DNA of 64,000 nt from the human T2T-CHM13v2.0 reference genome, Homo sapiens. Positions 14,205 through 27,797 of the stretch are shown here, piece by piece. Location: the NCBI RefSeq assembly GCF_009914755.1, contig NC_060929.1; one strand, given 5' to 3'. Position 1 is the stretch's first letter. Each line of letters starts with the position of its first letter. The position numbers were made by a program, and so were the translations under genes. The notes beneath the pieces were generated by a model. The model searched no databases. It worked only from the letters and a program-made list of their open reading frames with translations, and was not told the origin of the DNA.

Positions 14205-14410
14205 TAACAATAATCATATTCAACACATTGTGTGCCAGGTACAATTGCACTATACCCATGTTAAATCAATAGATAGGACAGGCCTAATGAGGCAGGTGCT
14301 ACCAGATCCCTATTTTACAAATAAGGAAACTGAGTCACAGAGTGACTAAATAATGTTTCCAAGGTAACTTCACAAGAAGGTGGCCAAAAATCCTAGTGTT
14401 CACACTCCAT
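14205..14410 (-). mobile_element. MIR SINE
   Basis: cctattttacaaataaggaaactgagtcacagag antisense core. Confidence 0.75.
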
Positions 14411-15014
14411 ACTTGGTCTTTTTCTTTGATTAAATCAGCCTCTGATTATGCAGAGTTTTATTTTAAAAAAATCTGCTCCTCCTCTTCTAATAAGAGTAAA
14501 TTAGCAAGTTCAGCTGCCTGCTCTAAGAAAAGTGATTCTGGTTCAAGAAACACAAATTAGGGGGAGTTGGATAAAAGCAGTGAAACAGATGGAGAAAGAA
14601 ATGTAGGAGAGAGGATTAAAGTAGGCAAGTGAACCTAAAGAAGAGAACAGGAGAACAGAGAAGAAGAGAAGAAAAAGAGGAAGAAAATAAGAGAAAGAGT
14701 AAAGGGGAAGGAAAGAATGGCAGGAGGACAGAAAGGCTAGAGAGTTGGAGTAGGAGAAAATGTTAACACAAGCAAGGGTTCCAAGTTCAGATGATATCAG
14801 TGTTTTACATGTAGTAAATAGTTAAATGCTAAAAGTAAGGTGATAGTTGAAGATTTTCTTTCTCTGAATTTTTCTTACAAAAACTGTTGTTAAATGTAAA
14901 GAAGCAGGGGGTGGAATTGGCATCAGAAGAAAAAAAAAATGCCTGCTCAAGATTTTGTCTGAGGCAGGACAGACTTCTGACTGCAAAGGGAAAGCCACAA
15001 GAAATTAAAAAATC

Positions 15015-15343
15015 AGTCCGGGCACAGTGGCTCATACCTGTAATCCTAGCACTTTGGGAGGCTGAGGTGGGTGGATCACTTGCGGTCAGGAGTTCAAGAC
15101 CAGCCTGGCCAACATGGTGAAACCCGTCTCTAATAAAAATGCCAAAAAAAAAAAAAAAAAAAATTAGTCGGGCATGTTGGTGCATGCCTGTAATCCTAGC
15201 TACTCAGGAGGCTGAGGTGGGAGGATTGCTTGAACCTGGGAAGTATAGGTTGCAGTGAGCTGAGATCATGCCACTGCACACACCAGCCTGGGTGACAGAG
15301 GGAGTTTCCATCTAAAAAGCAATAGAAAGAAAAAAAGAAAAGA
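15015..15343 (+). mobile_element. Alu SINE with expanded middle A-tract
   Basis: Full dimer. TSD aagaaattaaaaaatc/aagaagtaaaaaaatc. Confidence 0.95.
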
Positions 15344-15534
15344 AAGAAGTAAAAAAATCTAGAAAAGTATAGCAATGCAGGCAGAGGCAGAAGTCACATT
15401 CCCAGAGGACATTCTACCAAAGCAGTACCTTTTCAAACAAATTTTAAGGACGTTCATTGACATACAGTGTTTAAGACAGTGATGAAAACGAGTGCAGTGG
15501 TTTTCATCCCTGCACTTGTTTGATATATGGTTTA

Positions 15535-16072
15535 TGTCTTAGTCTGCTTTGTGTTGCTATAAGAGAATGCCACAGACTGGGTAATTTATAATAAATAAAA
15601 ATTTATTTGGCACACAGTTTTAGAGGCTGGAAAGACCAAGAAGAGCACAGAACTGGCATCTGGCGAGGGGCTTTTGTGCTACATCATACCATGGCAGAAG
15701 GCAGAGAGGCAAGAAAGGGAAAGAGCTAGTGTGCAAAAAGGGGCCAAACTCACTTTCACAACAAAGCCACTCTGGCCATAACTAACCCACTCCCACAAAA
15801 ATGACAGTAATCCATTTATGAGAGTTAACCCTCATGACCCAGTCACCTCTTATTAGGCCCCACCTCTCAACACTGTCGCACTAAGAATTATGGTTCCAAC
15901 ACATGAATTTTGGAGAACACATTCAAACCATAGAATTTTGCCTTTGGCCCCAAAATTCATGCCCTACTGACAAGGCAAAACACATTCATTCCATCCCAAT
16001 AGTCCCAAAAGTCTTAATTCATTACAGCACCAACTCAAAAATCTAAAGTCCAAAGGCTCATCTGAATCAGAT
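15535..16072 (-). mobile_element. MST MaLR LTR (15535-15933) plus adjoining MST internal sequence
   Basis: tgtcttagtctgctttgtgttgctataa...cacattcaaaccatag, then cccaatagtcccaaaagtcttaa (antisense internal end). Confidence 0.8.
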
Positions 16073-16076
16073 GTGA

Positions 16077-16113
16077 GGCCAGGCATGGTTGCTCACACTT
16101 GTAATCCCAGCAC
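16077..16113 (+). mobile_element. Alu 5' stub (~37 bp)
   Basis: ggccaggcatggttgctcacacttgtaatcccagcac, then an abrupt switch to THE1 internal sequence. Confidence 0.8.
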
Positions 16114-17289
16114 TGTAATCCCAAGCCTTGGCAGCCTCCAGGTGGTGTTGAGCCTGCAGGTAGACAGAAGGCAAGAGTTGAGGTTTGGGAACCTCCACCT
16201 AAATTTCAGAGGATATACGGAAACACCTGGATGTCCAGTCAGAAGTTTGCTGCAGGGGCAGAGCCCTCATGGAAAACCTCTACTGGGGCAGTGCAGAAGG
16301 AAAATGTGGGGTTGGAGCCCCTACAGAGTCCCCAATAGGGCACTGCCTAGTGGACCTGTGAAAAGAGGGCCACCACCTTCCAGACCCAAGAATGGTAGAT
16401 CCACCAACAGCTTGTACCATGTGCCTGGAAAAGCTGCAGGCACTCAATGCCAGCCTGTGAAAGCAGCTGGGAGGGGCACTGTACCCTGCAAAGTCATAGA
16501 GGCAGAGCTGCACAAGGTTGTGAGAGCCCACATCTTGCATCGGTGTGACCTAGATGTAAGACACAGAGTCAAAGGAGATCATTTTGGAACTTTAAAGTTT
16601 AATTATTGCCTTGTTGGATTTTGGACATGAATGGGGCCTGTAGTCCCTTTTCTTTGGCCAATTTCTCCCATTTGGAGCAGGTGTATTTACCAAATGGCTG
16701 TATCCCCAATGTATCTAGGAAGTAACTAGCTTGTTTTTTATTTTACAGGCTCATAGGCAGAAGGGAATTGCCTTGCCTCAGATGAGACCTTGGACTTGGA
16801 CTTTTGAGTTAATGCTGGAATGAGCTAAAACTTTAGGGGACTGTTGGGAAGGCATGATTGTATTTTGAAATGTGAGGACATGAGATTTGGGAGGCACTGG
16901 GGGCAGAACAATACGGTTTGGTTGTGTCCCCACCAAAATCTCATCTTGAATTATAGTTCCCATAATCCCCACATGTCTTAGGAGAGACCTGGTGGGAGGT
17001 AATTGAATCATGGTGGTGGTTACCTCCACGCTGTTCTTGGGATAGTGAGTGAGTTCTCATGAGATCTGATGGTTTTATAAGGGGGTCCCCGCCAACACAC
17101 AACTTTGCTCTGCACTTTTTCTTGCTGCCACCATGTGAAAAAGGATGTTTGCTTCCCTTCCACCATGACTGTAAGTTTCCTGAGGCCTCCATAGCCCTGT
17201 AGAACTGTGAGTCAATTAATTTATAATTTCTTTATCAATTACCCAGATTCAGGTATGTCCTTATAGCAGCATGAGAAGGGACTAATATA
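16114..17289 (+). mobile_element. THE1 internal 3' half (to ~16909) plus 3' THE1 LTR
   Basis: cccaagccttggcagcctccaggtggtgttgagcctgcagg internal motif. LTR runs ggtttggttgtgtccccacc...gactaatata. Confidence 0.9.
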
Positions 17290-20200
17290 AGGACTTTCCC
17301 CCTCCCTTCATCCACCACTGCAGACACACATGGGGCTTCTCCCACAGGAGCTCAATGTGGGTACACCTATAGACAGCATTTTTGGATCACTTCAGGGTGA
17401 CCATTTTTCCAGAGAAGAAATGACCTCCAGGTTAAGCCTTGCATGAAGGGTGGAGTAACAATCCCTCTCTACAAGGAACATCAACATTCTTGCAGATGGA
17501 AAGAGTTGCCTATCTGCCTAAAAGGAGTTCTAAACCATGAAACAAAAGCCTGAACTATCAAACCCAGTAAATAAAATGTGAGGAATAAGTAAGTCAATAA
17601 ATAACTGCACACCACAGAGGAATGAGATAAGCTTCATTTAAAGAAATGATCAAAGTCTCTAAGAAATATAGAATTATGTAAAATGGTCAAACCTAAGATC
17701 ATTGGTGTTCCTGAGGGAGAAGAGAAAGCAAAAAGTTTGGAAAACTTATGTGAGAAAATAATTGAGGAAAACTTCCCTGGCCTTGCTAGAGATTTAGACA
17801 TTCAAATATAAGAAGCTCAAAGAACTCCTCAGAGATTTATTGCAAAAAGGACATCACTGAGTTGTACAGTCATCAGGCTATCTGAAGTCAACATGAAGGA
17901 AAGAATTCTAAGAGCAGTGAGACAAAAGCATCAGGTAAGCTACAAAGAAAAACCTATCAGACTAACAGCAGACTTCTCAGGAGAAGCTTTACAAGCCAGA
18001 GAAATTGGAGTCCTATCTTTAGCATCCTTAAACAGAATAACAGTCAACCAAGAATTTTGTATCCAGCAAAACTAAGTTTTGTAAATAAAGAAGAAATAAA
18101 GTATTTTTCAGACAAGCAAATGCTGAGGAATTTGTTACTACAAGACCAGTCCTGTTAGAAATGCTAAAAGGAGTTCTAAACCATGAAACAAAAGGTTGAT
18201 ATACACCAGAATAGAATCTCAAAAGATAAAACTCACAGAGCCTATAAAAACACAATGAAGAAAACAAAGCATCTAGCTAACAATCAACACGATGACTGGA
18301 ACAGGACCTCACATCTCTATTAACATTGAATGTAAATAGTCTAAATGTTTCACTTAAAAGATACAGATTGGCAGGGTAAATTAAAAAATAACAAACCAAA
18401 TATCTGTTGTCTTCAAGAGACTTACTTAACACAAAAGGATTCTTATAGATTTGAGGTGAAGGGATGAAAAAATATATTTCACGCAAATAGAAAACAAAAC
18501 AGAGCAGAAGTAGCTATTTTTACCTCAGAAAAAAACAGATGTTAAAGTAACAGTAAAAAAAAAAAAAAAAAAAAAAAAGACAAAGAAGGCCATTATATAG
18601 TAATAAAAAGAATCCAACAAGAAGATGTTACAATCCTGAAATATATATATTCACCAACTCTGAGGCTCCCAGATTTGTAAAACAATTACTACTAGACCTA
18701 ATAAAATAAGTAGCCACACAATAATAGTGGAGAAATTTAACACTCTGCTGATGGCACGAGACAGATCATCAAGGCAGAAAGTCAACAATGAAACAATCGA
18801 TATAAACTACACTCTAGAACAAGTGGACTTAACAGATGTTTACAGAACATTCTACCTATGAACTGCAAAATATACATTCATCTGATCAGCACATGGAACG
18901 TTCTCCCAGATAGATAAATATGATAGGCCACAAAACAAGTCTCAATAAATTTAAAAAATCAAAATTATATCAAACATCTTCTCAAACTGCGGTAAAATAA
19001 AACCAGAAGTCAACTCCAAAAGGAACCCTCAAAAATATACTAATACATGGAAACTAAACAATCTGCTCTTGAATGATTGGCATAACAATGAAATAACAAT
19101 GGAAATGTTAAAATTCTTCAAAATGAATAACAGTGACACAAATAACAGTGACACAACTTATCAAAACCTCTGGAATATGGCAAAAGCAGTGCTAAGAAGA
19201 AAGTTTATAGTGCTAAATGCCTACATCAAAAAGTCCAAAAGAACACAAATTGACAACCTAACATCACACCTCAAGGAACTAGAGAAACAAGAAAAAATTA
19301 AGCCCAAAGCTAGTAGAAGAAAAGAAATAACAAAGATTAGAGCAGAACTAAATAAAATTGAAATGAAAAAGAAAATATTACAAAAAATCAATGAAGTTAA
19401 AAGTTGGTTCCTTGAAAAAATTAACAAAATTGATAGAACATTAGCTAGACTAACCAAGAAAAGAGGAGAGAAGATTCAAATAAGCTTGATTAGAAACAAA
19501 TGGAGACATTAAATCTGACACCATGGAAATACAAAAGCTCATTCGAGACTTCTATGAGTGCTTCTATGCATAAAAACTAGAAAATCTGGAGGAAATGGAT
19601 AAATTCCTGGAAATATACAACCCTCCTAGCTTGAATCAGGAGGAAATAGAAATCCTGAGCAGACCAATAATGAGCAGTGAGATTTAATCAGTAATAACAC
19701 AAAAATTGCCAACAACAACAAAAAAGCCTAGGACCAAATGGATTCAATTGGCAAATCTACCAGACAGTCAAATAAGAATTGGTACAAAACCTACTGAAAC
19801 TATCACAAAAGATTGAGAAAGAGGAAATCCTCTCTAACTCATTGTATGAAGCCAGTATTACCCTGATACCAAAACCAGGAAAGTACATAACAAAAAGAGA
19901 AAACCACATACCTATATCCTTGATGATCATAAATGCAAAAATCCTCAACAAAATACTAGCAAGCCAAATCCAACAGCACATCAAAAAGATAATACACCAG
20001 TGATCAAATGGGTTTCAGTGCAGTGATGCAGGGATAGTTTAACATATGCAAGTCAATAAATGTGATACATCACATAAACAATTAAAAACAAAAACCATAT
20101 GATCATCTCAATATATGCAGAGAAAGCATTCATTAAAATCCAGCATCATTTTGTGATAAAACTCCCAACAAATGCAGCATAGAGGGGACATATCTCAAGA

Positions 20201-22330
20201 TAATAAAAGCCTCACACAAGAAATCCACAGCCAGCCTCGTATGGAATGGGGAAAAGTTGAAAGGATTCTCCCTGAGAACTGGAACAAGACAATGATGCCT
20301 ACTTTCACCACTTCTGATTAACACAGTACTAGAAGTCCTAGCCAGAGCAATCAGGCAAGAGAAATAAATAAAGGGCATCAAATTGGAAAAGAGGAAGTCA
20401 AACTATTGCTGTTTCCTAATAGTAAAATTGTATGCTTAGTAAACCCTAAAAACTCTTCCAAAGACTCCTAGATTTGATAAATGAATTCAGTAAAGTCTCA
20501 GGTTACAAAATCAATGTACACAAACTAGTTGTGCTGCTATTCACCAAAAACAACTTAGCTGAGAATCAAATCAAGAACTCAATCCCTTTTACAAGAGCTG
20601 CAATAGAATAAATAAATAAAATATCTAGGTATATACTTAACCAAGGAGGTAAAATATTTCTACAAAGAGAACTACAAAACACTGCTGAAAGAAATCATAG
20701 ATGACACAAACAAATGGAAACAAATCCCATGCTAATATATTGAAACAATCAATATCATGAAAATGACCATACTGCCCAAAGCAATCTACAGATTCAATGC
20801 AATACCTATTAAAATATCAATATCATTTTTCACAGAATTAGAAAAAACAATCCTAAAATTCATATGGAACCAAAAACGATCCTGAATAATCTGGAAGCAT
20901 CACATTACCTGACTTCAAATTATACTCCAAGGCTATAGACACCAAAACAGCATGGTACTGGTATAAAAGTAGATATATAGACCAATGGAAAAAGATAGAG
21001 AACCCAGAAATAAAGCTAAATACTTACAACCAACTGATCTTTGACAAAGCATACAAAAACATAGATTGAGGAAAAGATATTCTATTTAACAAATAGTGCT
21101 GGGAAAATCAGCCGCATATAGAAGAATGAAAGTAGATCCCTCTCTCTCATCTTATACAAAAATCAAGTCAAGATGGATTAAAGACTTGAATGTAGGACCT
21201 AAAACCATGAAAATTACAGAAAAAAACCTAGGAAAAGCTCTTCTGGACACTGGTTTAGGCAAAGAATTTATGACTAAGATTCCAAAATCAAATGCAACAA
21301 AAACAAAAATAAATAAATGGGACCTAATTATACTAAAAAGCTTTTGCACAGCAAAATAAACAATGGTCAGAGTAAACAAACAACTCACAGAGTGGGAGAA
21401 AATATTTACAAACTATGTATCTGACCAAGGATTAATATCCAGAATCTACAAGGAACTCAAACAAATCAGCATTAAAAAACAAAAGCAAATAATTCCATCA
21501 AAAAGTGGACAAATGATATGAATAAACATTTCTCAAAAGAAGATATACAAATGGCCAACAAATGAAAATAATGCTCAACATCACTAATCATCAGGGAAAT
21601 ACAAATTAAAAGCACAATGAGATAACATCCTACCCCAGCCAGAATGGCCACTATTAAAAAGTCAAAAAACAATAGATGTTGGCATGGACATGGTGAAAAG
21701 AGGATACTTATACACTGATGTTGGAAATGTAAATTAATACAACCTCCGTGGAAAACAGTATGGAGATTTCTTAAGGAACTGAAAGTAGATCTACCATTCA
21801 GTCGGGCAGTCCCACTGCTGGATATCTACCCACAGGAAAAGAACTCATTATATCAAAAAGACACCTGCACATGTATGTTTATCACAGCACAATTTACAAT
21901 CGCAAAAATATAGAACCAACCTAAATGCCTATTGACTAATGAGTGGATAAAGAAAATGTGGTAATATATACACCAGGGAATACCATTCAGCCACAAAAAA
22001 GAATGAAATAATGTCTTTTGCAGCAACTTGGATAGAGTTGGAGGCCATTATCTTAAGTGAAGTAACGTGGGAATGGAAAACCCAATATCATATGTTCTCA
22101 CTTATAAGTGGGAGTTAAGCTATGGGTACACAGAGTGGTAAAATGGACTCTGGAATTCAGAGGCGGGAAAGTCGAGATGAGGGATAAAAAGCTACATATT
22201 GGGTACAGTGCACACTACTTGGGTGACTGGTACACTAAGATCTCAGACTTCACCACTATACAATTCATCCATGTAACCAAAAACCACTTCTACCTCAAAA
22301 GATACTGAAATAAAAAAAATTAATTTAAAA
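17290..22330 (+). mobile_element. L1PB (L1PB3-like) LINE: partial 5'UTR, decayed ORF1 and ORF2, 3'UTR, poly(A)
   Basis: ORF remnants KERILRAVRQKHQVSYKEKPIRLTADFS (ORF1), [13 protein letters not shown] and [15 protein letters not shown] (ORF2). Many stops. L1PB-type 3' end. Confidence 0.95.
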
Positions 22331-22344
22331 ATTTAAAAAAATAA

Positions 22345-23007
22345 AATGTATTTTTAAATTAAAAAAATACAAACGCATTGTACAACTGTACAAAAATATT
22401 TTCTTTTTTCACACCCTTATTCTATAAGCTTTTTTCCATTTTTAAATTATCTATTTTTTTAACTTTTAAACTTTTTTTGTCAAAAACTAAGAAACACACC
22501 TTAGCCTAGTCCTCCACAGGACCAGGATTATCAACATTACCATCTTCCTCCTCCATATCTTATCCCACTGGAAGGTCTTCAGGGCAATAATATGCATGGA
22601 AATTTCATCTCTTATAACAATGTCTTATTCTGGGGTACCTGCTGAAGGACCTACCTGAGGCTGTTTTACAGTTAACCTTTTCTTTAATAAGTTGAAGGGG
22701 CACACTCTAAAATAACAACAAATAGCATAGAATAGTAAATACATTAACCAGTAACATAGTCATTTATTATCAAGTACTGTGTACATAATTGTATGTGCTA
22801 TAATTTTATGTCTGGTAGCAAAATACGTTTGTTTCCACCAGCATCACCACAAACACTTGAGTAATGTATTGCTGTAATGCATTGCATTATAATGGCTACA
22901 ATATCAGTAGGTGATAGGATTTTTTCAGTCCCGTTATAATTTTATGGAACCACCATTGTGAATGTGGTCTGCCGTTGACCAAAATGTTGCTATGCAGCAA
23001 ATGACTA
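22345..23007. mobile_element. Tigger3/MER7 (Tc1-mariner) fragment with one TIR
   Basis: Ends gttgaccaaaatgttgctatgcagcaaatgacta, followed by TA. Confidence 0.85.
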
Positions 23008-23014
23008 TATTTTG

Positions 23015-23207
23015 CTTAGAAATTTTCATGCCAGATACCCTGCTTCATTGCTTTTTCATAAAGCCCTAGGGCATGGACACAATTCAACCAAGTTCTTTGC
23101 CACTTTAAAAGGATGGCCTTTTCTCCAGTTTCCAATAAGATGTTCCTCTTTTTCGTCTGAGACCTCATCAGAATGGCCTTTACTGTCCATATTTCTACCA
23201 ACATTCT
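23015..23207 (-). mobile_element. MST/MaLR internal fragment, continuation of 15934-16072
   Basis: agaaattttcatgccagataccct...tctgagacctcatcagaatggcctttactgtccatatttctaccaacattct. Confidence 0.7.
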
Positions 23208-23409
23208 TTTATAAATCATAGCAATTTGATATATAGATATATTGGTTTGATATATAAGAATCGCCTCTGGGAAGCTATAAACCATACTGATGAGCCTGCC
23301 TACCCCAGCCTAATTAAGGCAGAATCCTTGAAAGGAGGGCTGGGCATTACAATTTTTTAAAATTCTCTAGGATATGTCACTATGAGAGATTCCACATAAA
23401 AGAAGTAAT

Positions 23410-24360
23410 GGAAATGTTTCTAGCAAGTTATTTTGTAGAGATCACTAAATTGATTTCAAAGTGTATAAGGAGAGAGAAAAGACCTAGAATAGCCAACACA
23501 ATATTGAAGGAGAGGAACAAAGTGAGAGGACTGACACAACCTGACTTCAAGACTTACTATAAAGCTACAGTGATCAAGACAATGTGGTATGAGTGAAAGA
23601 AAGACAAATAGATCAATGGAACAAAATAGAGAACCCAGAAATAGACCCACATAAATACACTTGCTATGGTTTGAATTTGTCCCCAGAGTTTATGTGTTGG
23701 AAACTTGATCTCCAGTGTGTTGATGTTGAGAAGTAAGGCCTAATGATTAGGCTCTGAGGTCTCTGTCATCATGAAGGTATTAATGCCATTATCACAGCAG
23801 TGGATTCCTTATAAAATAATGAGTTTGGTTCCCTTCCTCTCTCTCTCTCTCTCTTTGCTCTTCCATCATGGGGTGACACAGCAAGAACATCTTTGACAGT
23901 TGCCAGCCCTCCAATTTTGGACTCCCCAGCCTCCAGAACCATTAGCTAATAAATTTCTGTTTGTTAAAAATTACCCAATTCGGGTATTCTGTTAACAGCA
24001 GTACAATAGCAAAGACAGAACAACAGAGAAAAGGTAGTCTTTTCAATAACTGTTGCAGGGACAGTTAGACATCCACATGCAAAAATAATGAATCTAGACA
24101 CAGACTTTATACCCTTCACAAAAATTAATTCAAAATGATCATACACCTGAATGCAAACACAAATCTATAAAATTCCTAGAAAATAATAGAAGAAGCTCTA
24201 GACAGCCATGGGAATGGTGATGACTTTTTTAACAAAGGCACAATCTGTAAAAAAAAATCATTGATAAGCTGGACTTCATTAAAATTAAAAACTTCTACGG
24301 TGTGAAAGACAGTGTTAAGATAATAAGAAGACAAATGACAGACGGGAGAAACTCTTCGCA
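23410..24360 (+). mobile_element. Old L1M ORF2 fragment interrupted by an MST LTR
   Basis: ORF remnant [22 protein letters not shown]; gataagctggacttcattaaaattaaaaacttct. Confidence 0.85.
23662..24017 (+). mobile_element. MST (C/D-like) solo LTR
   Basis: tgctatggtttgaatttgtcccc...aataaatttctgtttgttaaaaattaccca...aagaca. Confidence 0.85.
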
Positions 24361-27029
24361 AAAGAAGTAGTAGGAATATAAGACCGTGAGAAGGATGAGA
24401 ATAATTTATAGTAAGTTTCATTACAAATAAAAGGCACCCTCAACTGCCTCCACTGACAAAATTGCTTTGGTGGTGATAGCATCTGGCAGGATGGGGATGG
24501 AAGTGGGGAGCGTTTGTTCTTTGGAGATGGTGTTGTCTTTTTCAGATGGTCATTACTAGCCATTCTGGTTTTCTTTTCTTACACTGAGTTTACAAAGCCT
24601 CTTGATTCCTAGCAAAGCATCCCACCCAGCAAATGAGGGTAGCATGGGCATTTGAGTTGTGGTTGCTGACATGATTATTTCCTTGCTCTTTGTATCTGCT
24701 TGGGCACTTGCAAGCCAGCTTTTATTTCTCTCCAGGAAGGGGGTTATGTGAAGATTTCTTAAACTGCAGTGCATTCTTCACCATTCAGCCTCCCTCAATA
24801 AATCTGGCAGAAGTTCAGCTCCTGTAAAAAGCAAGTCAGCCCCAACTACCCTTGTCATTTCCATTTTTCATACATCTACTTTTGGTATGTGCAGTATGAA
24901 TGCTATTTCTCTGTGCAGTTTCATCTCATTTGCCCACTGCCATAGGCTACAGTGTGGAACAAAGTTCACTTTCAAATTCAATCTCAAACAAAATGAAAAA
25001 GCAAGAAAATCATGAAAGAGAAAGCTGGCTTCAGCCATTAATATGGATCTCACTGCCAGATTCTTCTGCTTTATCCATCAAATGTGAGTGAGAGGAATCT
25101 GCTCCCACGTGCAGCTGCTACGGCTCTGACCCTGGTCACAGGATACTGTCAATCAACAGAGCAGCTCCTAAGAACAGCCTGGAGTGAGTGCTGGCTGCCA
25201 GGTGCAGACAGCCCAACAGGCTATTGAATAACATCATGAATGGTACTGGACCCCTTACTCTGATAACAGTAACAATCCCTGGGGCCTTTCAACAAAATGG
25301 TAGGAACCACCCTAAATTTATTTTAGACACCAAGTTTAGGATTAAGGGATTCAGGAGGAAATGACAGGGTTTCCAGAGGAAAGGTATGCATTTTCTTTAA
25401 AAAAAAATTTTTTTAAACCCACACAGTGTTTATATCTCTGCTTGAAAGTTCAGTATTCTTTAAATACATCAGTGGATCCTGCTAAATTATACATGTGGTC
25501 CGAATTAGAGAGTCCTGTGTCTTACATCTGGGTTTATTCCAATTTGCTGGGTTATCTTGGAAAATCAGCTCAAATGAAACTGAGTTCTGTTCACATGTAC
25601 ACACATACACAACCCCCAGGCCCACACCTGCCCATATGCAAGGTTAAACTTGGGGATAGCAGAAGTATAGGGGACATAGAAACAGTCCTGTGATTTTATC
25701 CTGGGTATTCCTAGAAAAAAGATGGCAAAAGTCCTTCAAAGCCTTCCCCAGAAGTGAGCTAGCACCCCTTCTATAAAATCAGGCAATATTGTACCTTATT
25801 AGCTCAAAAAATTCTGAATGTTTTCTACTTCTTTCCCCCAAGTCCGAAAAGATGCGTGTTGGATACACCAAGAAGGAAACGCTCAGGCCTTCTTTCCTAC
25901 CTGGCTGTGAAAGTTGGTAAGGAATCTAATTTTAAAAGAGCAGGGAAGGAAACACTGAGTGGCTGCAGTTCAGACTCTGAGTTTGTTGCGATGCACAATC
26001 AGTGCCAACGGGCTTCTTCTCTTCCAGGAATTATATGTGATTGATCCTCTTTAAATAAATTTGGCTAGCTAACAAATAGCTTTCCCTTGCCAACGTTTTC
26101 TCAATATGGTCTCCAGACTCTTTATGGTTTTAAAAAAATTACCAAATAAAATTCATGAAAAGGCAACAAGAAACATATCTTACAAAATTTCTGTACAGAA
26201 TTCAAACATTGTTCTTGTGCCAGACACACACAGCTGTGGGCCTGACGTGGCAGAACCATCTGCTATAAGCTCCACGCTGTAGCTGCTTGAAAGACAGAGC
26301 TGGGTAGGTGCGTCTTTTGTTGGAAACACACAAACCATAACTATGGAGCTTTCCTGTTTCCCTCCCCCGCCCCCTTCATTGCCGTCTGTCCATTTGGATG
26401 GAATTATCACAAGAGTGTTATATGCACAGAATGGTGCAGACAATGTGGGCAAAATACAATTGCTTAAAGCAAATGGATGTTTGCACCTTGGTGTTTAAGC
26501 TTTCCTGATTTCAATTGGGTTTGGGATCATTATACCTACTGAAAAAATGGGAACCTTCAGAACATTAGCACTGACACATATGTCAACTTAAACCAGTTAA
26601 ATCATTCTCAATCCAGAGCAGGTGTCCTAAGTGTCATTTCTATACATCTATTTCCTTTATAAACATAATTATGTGAATATGTTTTAACTTTCCAGAAGAA
26701 TCCTATCAAATTGTGTTACCATCAAATCTTATTAATAGAGCTAAATAAGCAACCGTCTTTGACAGGAAGATTGTTCCTCTTCCCATTCTACACTGTGGCA
26801 TCATTTGCCAGAATCAGAGCCCCCCAGCTGCCTGTAGGATGCTTATGTCAGTCACATCAGAGAAGGAATGTAGGACAGCTCTAAGAGTATCTTTGGACAG
26901 GGGTGGGCTCACATAGCCTCAGAGTAAGTGTTTTCTCTTAGGTAAAGGGCTCTTCCTGAGTCAAAGGTAGGTTGTCTTAGCTGGTGGAGCTTATGAACAT
27001 CTTGTCAGAACGGTGTTTTTACATGTGGA

Positions 27030-27412
27030 AAATAAAATCCAGAATACAGAGAAAATCAATTATATTGAAATATTCTTATCAAACTGTTTTAACAGACAGG
27101 TTTGTGATATAGTAATGTATATGCATATTTATTAACTCATTAAATAACAGAATAGGGTGAAGGGTGGAATATCAATCATAAGGCTGAGCTAAGTGATGGA
27201 CATTAACAAACTTTCTGCAAAAACTTTAATGCAATACAAAATCATCTGTGAGTTTTATCAGTGACAAAGTCACAAGTGCTTCTAAGACTACTGTGATGTT
27301 TTTGCCTAAATGCAGAATTGAAGGAAACACTGAATTACAGTTAGAGATTCATAAAAATAAAGTTATTTTCCCCCATTCCAGTTCATAGGCCCCCGAATTC
27401 TATCCATGGCCC
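27030..27412. mobile_element. Charlie1 (hAT) terminal fragment; last ~25 bp appear to resume at ~30532-30568
   Basis: gtgacaaagtcacaagtgcttctaagactactgtg...gaattctatccatggccc matches recalled Charlie1 end. Confidence 0.75.
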
Positions 27413-27524
27413 ATTTTTTTATTTATTTTGCTTTTCAACAATTGGTTTATGGAGCTTTTAAAAAAGTGTGTATAGAGTCAATGATGAATTAGGATGTAGT
27501 ATGAAAGAAAATGACAGAGGACAG

Positions 27525-27797
27525 ATATTGAGAGATCATTTGTCCATTTTTTAAAATCAGATGATTAGTTTTGCTATTGAGTTGTTTGAATTCTTTATGT
27601 ATTCTGGTTATCAATCCCCTGTAGGATGAAGAGTTTGCAAATATTTTCTCCCACTTTTTGGTTGTCTCTTCACTTTGTTGAGTGTTTCCTTTGCTGTGCA
27701 GAAGGTTTTTAACTTGATGTAATCATTTGTCTATTTTTGCTTTTGTTGCTTATACTTTTAAGGCCTTACCCCAAAAAATCTTTGCCCATACCAATGT
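27525..27797 (-). mobile_element. L1M ORF2 fragment
   Basis: tttgcaaatattttctccca...tttcctttgctgtgcagaagg. Confidence 0.8.

Noticed and set aside
16073-16630. 185-aa ORF
   Set aside because: Chance read-through of an Alu stub into decayed THE1 internal sequence, with a non-ATG start.
17893-21359. L1 ORF1/ORF2 (endonuclease/RT) peptides as an active or domesticated gene
   Set aside because: Fragmented by many stops and frameshifts; an ordinary dead L1PB.
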